Virus record (IMG/VR): IMGVR_UViG_3300045988_018940
Location: 1-43,173 of that record
DNA: 43,173 nucleotides
Strand: one strand, 5' to 3'
DNA from: a virus
In this document: piece after piece, positions 41,166-43,173 of the stretch
Numbering within the stretch: the stretch's first letter is position 1
How the letters are laid out: each line of letters opens with the position of its first letter
The notes under the pieces: model-generated
What the model saw: the letters and a program-made list of their open reading frames with translations, nothing else
Told to the model about the DNA's origin: nothing
Databases searched by the model: none
Made by a program: the position numbers and the translations under genes

Positions 41166-41355
41166 TTTTGAAACATTTCTGCTTGCACTTGCATCGATTG
41201 CGCTCATTATCATTGCTTTTGGCTTTTCGTGGGCCGTCATTTCCGGCACTTGGTGGCTTATCTGCATGCTCATCGGTTGGCAGTTCTCTTTCGGTGTATC
41301 GACGGCAATCTGGATCGTCGCAATGCTGCTGAAGTGGGTAACGAGCCGCAAGTGA
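41158..41355 (+). CDS. small two-TM membrane protein
   Basis: 65 aa, MPDFETFLLALASIALIIIAFGFSWAVISGTWWLICMLIGWQFSFGVSTAIWIVAMLL. Confidence 0.55.
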   Translation: MPDFETFLLALASIALIIIAFGFSWAVISGTWWLICMLIGWQFSFGVSTAIWIVAMLLKWVTSRK

Positions 41356-41462
41356 CAAAGGAGGCAGAACCGTGAACAAAAACAAAAAGCCCAGCTGGAA
41401 AGAGCGAATTTCCAACTGGACCCCGGCTGACTACATGATCGCATCCATCATCATCACGTCAG

Positions 41463-41765
41463 TCAATGTAGGTATTGTAGCATTCCAAATACTATGGTTG
41501 CTGCAAGCCCTAAAGCAGTAACGACAAGCGTTGCAATTCCGATTTTGCTGGATTCGCTGCTGCTTTCATCCTGCTTGCGCTCGATGCGTTCCAAATCTTC
41601 CCGCAGCTTCTTCAACTCTGCTGCGGTCTGAAGCTGAGCGTTGTCGATTTCCCGGCGCTTCTTCCAAACCGAGCCGTCCGGGTCAGCAGCATTCGCGCCC
41701 GGCGTTTTGCAATTGTAGCGCTCAAGTTCGTTTGCACGCTGGTTGAAGTATTCCCATTGATTCAT
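41463..41765 (-). CDS. tail-anchored membrane protein on the opposite strand (moron candidate)
   Basis: ATG at 41765 follows GGGAGGGGGGTGA. MNQWEYFNQRANELERYNCK...coiled coil...KIGIATLVVTALGLAATIVFGMLQYLH. Confidence 0.55.
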   Translation of the reverse strand: MNQWEYFNQRANELERYNCKTPGANAADPDGSVWKKRREIDNAQLQTAAELKKLREDLERIERKQDESSSESSKIGIATLVVTALGLAATIVFGMLQYLH

Positions 41766-41829
41766 TTTTTCACCCCCCTCCCTGCCTATTATAACAGGCA
41801 CCGGGGTGGACAACAAGAAAGGATAAAGC

Positions 41830-42603
41830 ATGGCAAACATTCAGATTTTTACAAGCCCCGAGTTTGGGGACATCCGCACGGTAGACCAGAACGGCGAGCC
41901 GTGGTTCGTAGGCAAGGACGTGGCGGCGGCGTTGGGCTACGGCGAAGGCAAGTCCCTCGCAAACGCCGTTTCCAACCACGTTGACGAGCAGGACAAAGGG
42001 GTCACCGAATTGATGACCCCCGGCGGCAACCAGAAAATGGTCATCATCAACGAGTCCGGCCTGTACAGCCTGATTTTTGGCAGCAAGCTGGAAGGGGCCG
42101 TGCGGTTCAAGCGCTGGGTGACAAGCGAGGTGCTTCCCACCCTGCGCAAGACCGGCTCCTACATGATGCCCAAGCTCAGCAAGGAGATGCAGGCGCTGTT
42201 TATGCTGGACACCCGCACCCAGCGGCAGGAAGAGCGGCTCACCGCGCTGGAGAACACCATGACGGTGGATTACAACCAGCAGCGCGTTCTGCGCAAGGCC
42301 ATCAGCCGGGCCGTCATCGCGGCGCTTGGCGGCGAGGACACCCCGGCTTACATTGACAACCATGTGCGCAGCAAGGTGTACAGCGAGTGCAACCACGATG
42401 TGCAGGACTGGTTCCGGGTGAACAGCGTGGGCAACATCCCTCGCAAGCGCTTTGACGAGGCCGTGGAGTACATTCAGCGCTGGAAGCCCAGCACCAACAC
42501 CGTGATGCTGATCCAGCAGGCCAACGGCCAGACCAGCTTGTTTGCCGCAGCTGCTGCCCAGAAGAACACCACCACCGCCGGGAAGTTTGTTAAGGAGGTA
42601 TAA
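41830..42603 (+). CDS. BRO-N family antirepressor with an ORF6C-like C-domain
   Basis: MANIQIFTSPEFGDIRTVDQNGEPWFVGKDVAAALGY...INESGLYSLIFGSKLEGAVRFKRWVTSEVLP is Bro-N. Confidence 0.85.
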   Translation: MANIQIFTSPEFGDIRTVDQNGEPWFVGKDVAAALGYGEGKSLANAVSNHVDEQDKGVTELMTPGGNQKMVIINESGLYSLIFGSKLEGAVRFKRWVTSEVLPTLRKTGSYMMPKLSKEMQALFMLDTRTQRQEERLTALENTMTVDYNQQRVLRKAISRAVIAALGGEDTPAYIDNHVRSKVYSECNHDVQDWFRVNSVGNIPRKRFDEAVEYIQRWKPSTNTVMLIQQANGQTSLFAAAAAQKNTTTAGKFVKEV

Positions 42604-42605
42604 GC

Positions 42606-43173
42606 ATGAGTGAGAAGATTATCGCCTACAAGGCCATGGACAAAAATATGCAGTGTCGTGGCAAGCAGTATGAGGTGGGCAAGACCTACCATGAGGACAA
42701 GGCCGACTGTTGCAATGCCGGAATGCATGCTTGCGAGAACCCGCTGGATGTGCTGCGCTACTACCCGTTGAAGGATGGGCCGCGCTTTTTTGAGGTCGAG
42801 TGCGGCGGGAACGTGGATAAAAGCGGAGAGGCCAGCAAACTGGCCTGCACTGAGCTGACGGTGAAAGGTGAGGTGAATTTTGCAGGGCTTGTAAAAGCTA
42901 CGGTGAATGCCGTTTTTAATCGGGTGAAGGGCAAAAAACCTTTTTCCAGCGGCTATTCCAGCACGGCGGGTTCCAGCGGAGATTCCAGCACGGCGGGTTC
43001 CAGCGGCAATTACAGCACGGCGGGTTCCAGCGGCTATTGCAGCACGGCGGGTTCCAGCGGACGTTACAGCACGGCGGGTTCCAGCGGCTATTCCAGCACG
43101 GCGGGTTCCAGCGGCTATTGCAGCACGGCGGGTTCCAGCGGCAATTACAGCACGGCGGGTTCCAGCGGCAATT
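42606..43173 (+). CDS. 5' part of the phage repeat protein (N-terminal globular domain plus STAGSSGxx repeats); the 3' end runs off the window and continues at 2..460
   Basis: MSEKIIAYKAMDKNMQCRGKQYEVGKTYHEDKADCCNAGMHACENPLDVLRYYPLKDGPRFFEVECGG..., then 9-aa repeats from about 42945. No stop codon before the window end. Confidence 0.8.
   Translation, partial: MSEKIIAYKAMDKNMQCRGKQYEVGKTYHEDKADCCNAGMHACENPLDVLRYYPLKDGPRFFEVECGGNVDKSGEASKLACTELTVKGEVNFAGLVKATVNAVFNRVKGKKPFSSGYSSTAGSSGDSSTAGSSGNYSTAGSSGYCSTAGSSGRYSTAGSSGYSSTAGSSGYCSTAGSSGNYSTAGSSGN
42945..43173 (+). repeat. 27-bp in-frame tandem repeat array (same as 1..228)
   Basis: Units YS, DS, NY, YC, RY, YS, YC, NY and a partial N. The last 26 nt of the window are identical to nt 1-26. 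Confidence 0.95.

Noticed and set aside
1-43173. Alternative genetic code or stop-codon reassignment, prompted by the odd tRNA-like genes.
   Set aside because: All hallmark genes (terL, portal, capsid, tape measure, integrase) are uninterrupted under the standard code and end at TGA, TAA or TAG with tight coupling. No suppressor anticodon could be read in any tRNA-like element.

Overview
The window reads as a complete, or nearly complete, circularly permuted genome of about 43 kb from a temperate siphovirus-type phage. The hallmark proteins point to a GC-rich Firmicute host: DnaD-like replisome organizer, ArpU-like late regulator, XkdX-like protein, GH25 lysin and PBSX/SPP1-type packaging and head genes. 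The first and last bases lie in the same 27-bp tandem-repeat gene, so the molecule is probably circular or terminally redundant and was cut inside that gene.

Gene order on the + strand:
- Small early genes (505-2424).
- Recombination and replication module (2417-6857): RecT-like protein, SSB, a DnaD-like organizer with internal iterons, and RusA.
- ArpU-like late regulator (7224-7739).
- A coding-free structured-RNA and tRNA locus of about 0.9 kb (7740-8640).
- TerS, TerL, portal, MuF-like protein, tRNA-Thr, scaffold, capsid, connectors, major tail protein, a tail chaperone with a -1 frameshift, tape measure, Dit, Tal and fibers (one collagen-like).
- GH25 endolysin followed by holin candidates.
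- An accessory region (30.1-35.2 kb): a Rha antirepressor operon on the - strand, an RHH regulator, and a seven-gene cluster of unknown function.
- attP carrying the 3' part of a tRNA-Thr, then integrase and an XRE regulator on the - strand.
- An AT-richer island with a Tat-signal secreted protein and an XRE plus membrane-protein pair.
- A Cro-like gene and two more antirepressors.

No recognisable defence system, CRISPR array, reverse transcriptase or transposase was seen.

The most unusual items:
- The structured RNA locus, with one canonical tRNA-Trp and three aberrant tRNA-like modules.
- The uncharacterised low-complexity, Cys-rich seven-gene accessory cluster next to attP.
- A pair of near-consensus promoters facing each other across about 450 nt of non-coding DNA in the immunity region.

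All calls come from reading the sequence and the ORF track. No database search was run.
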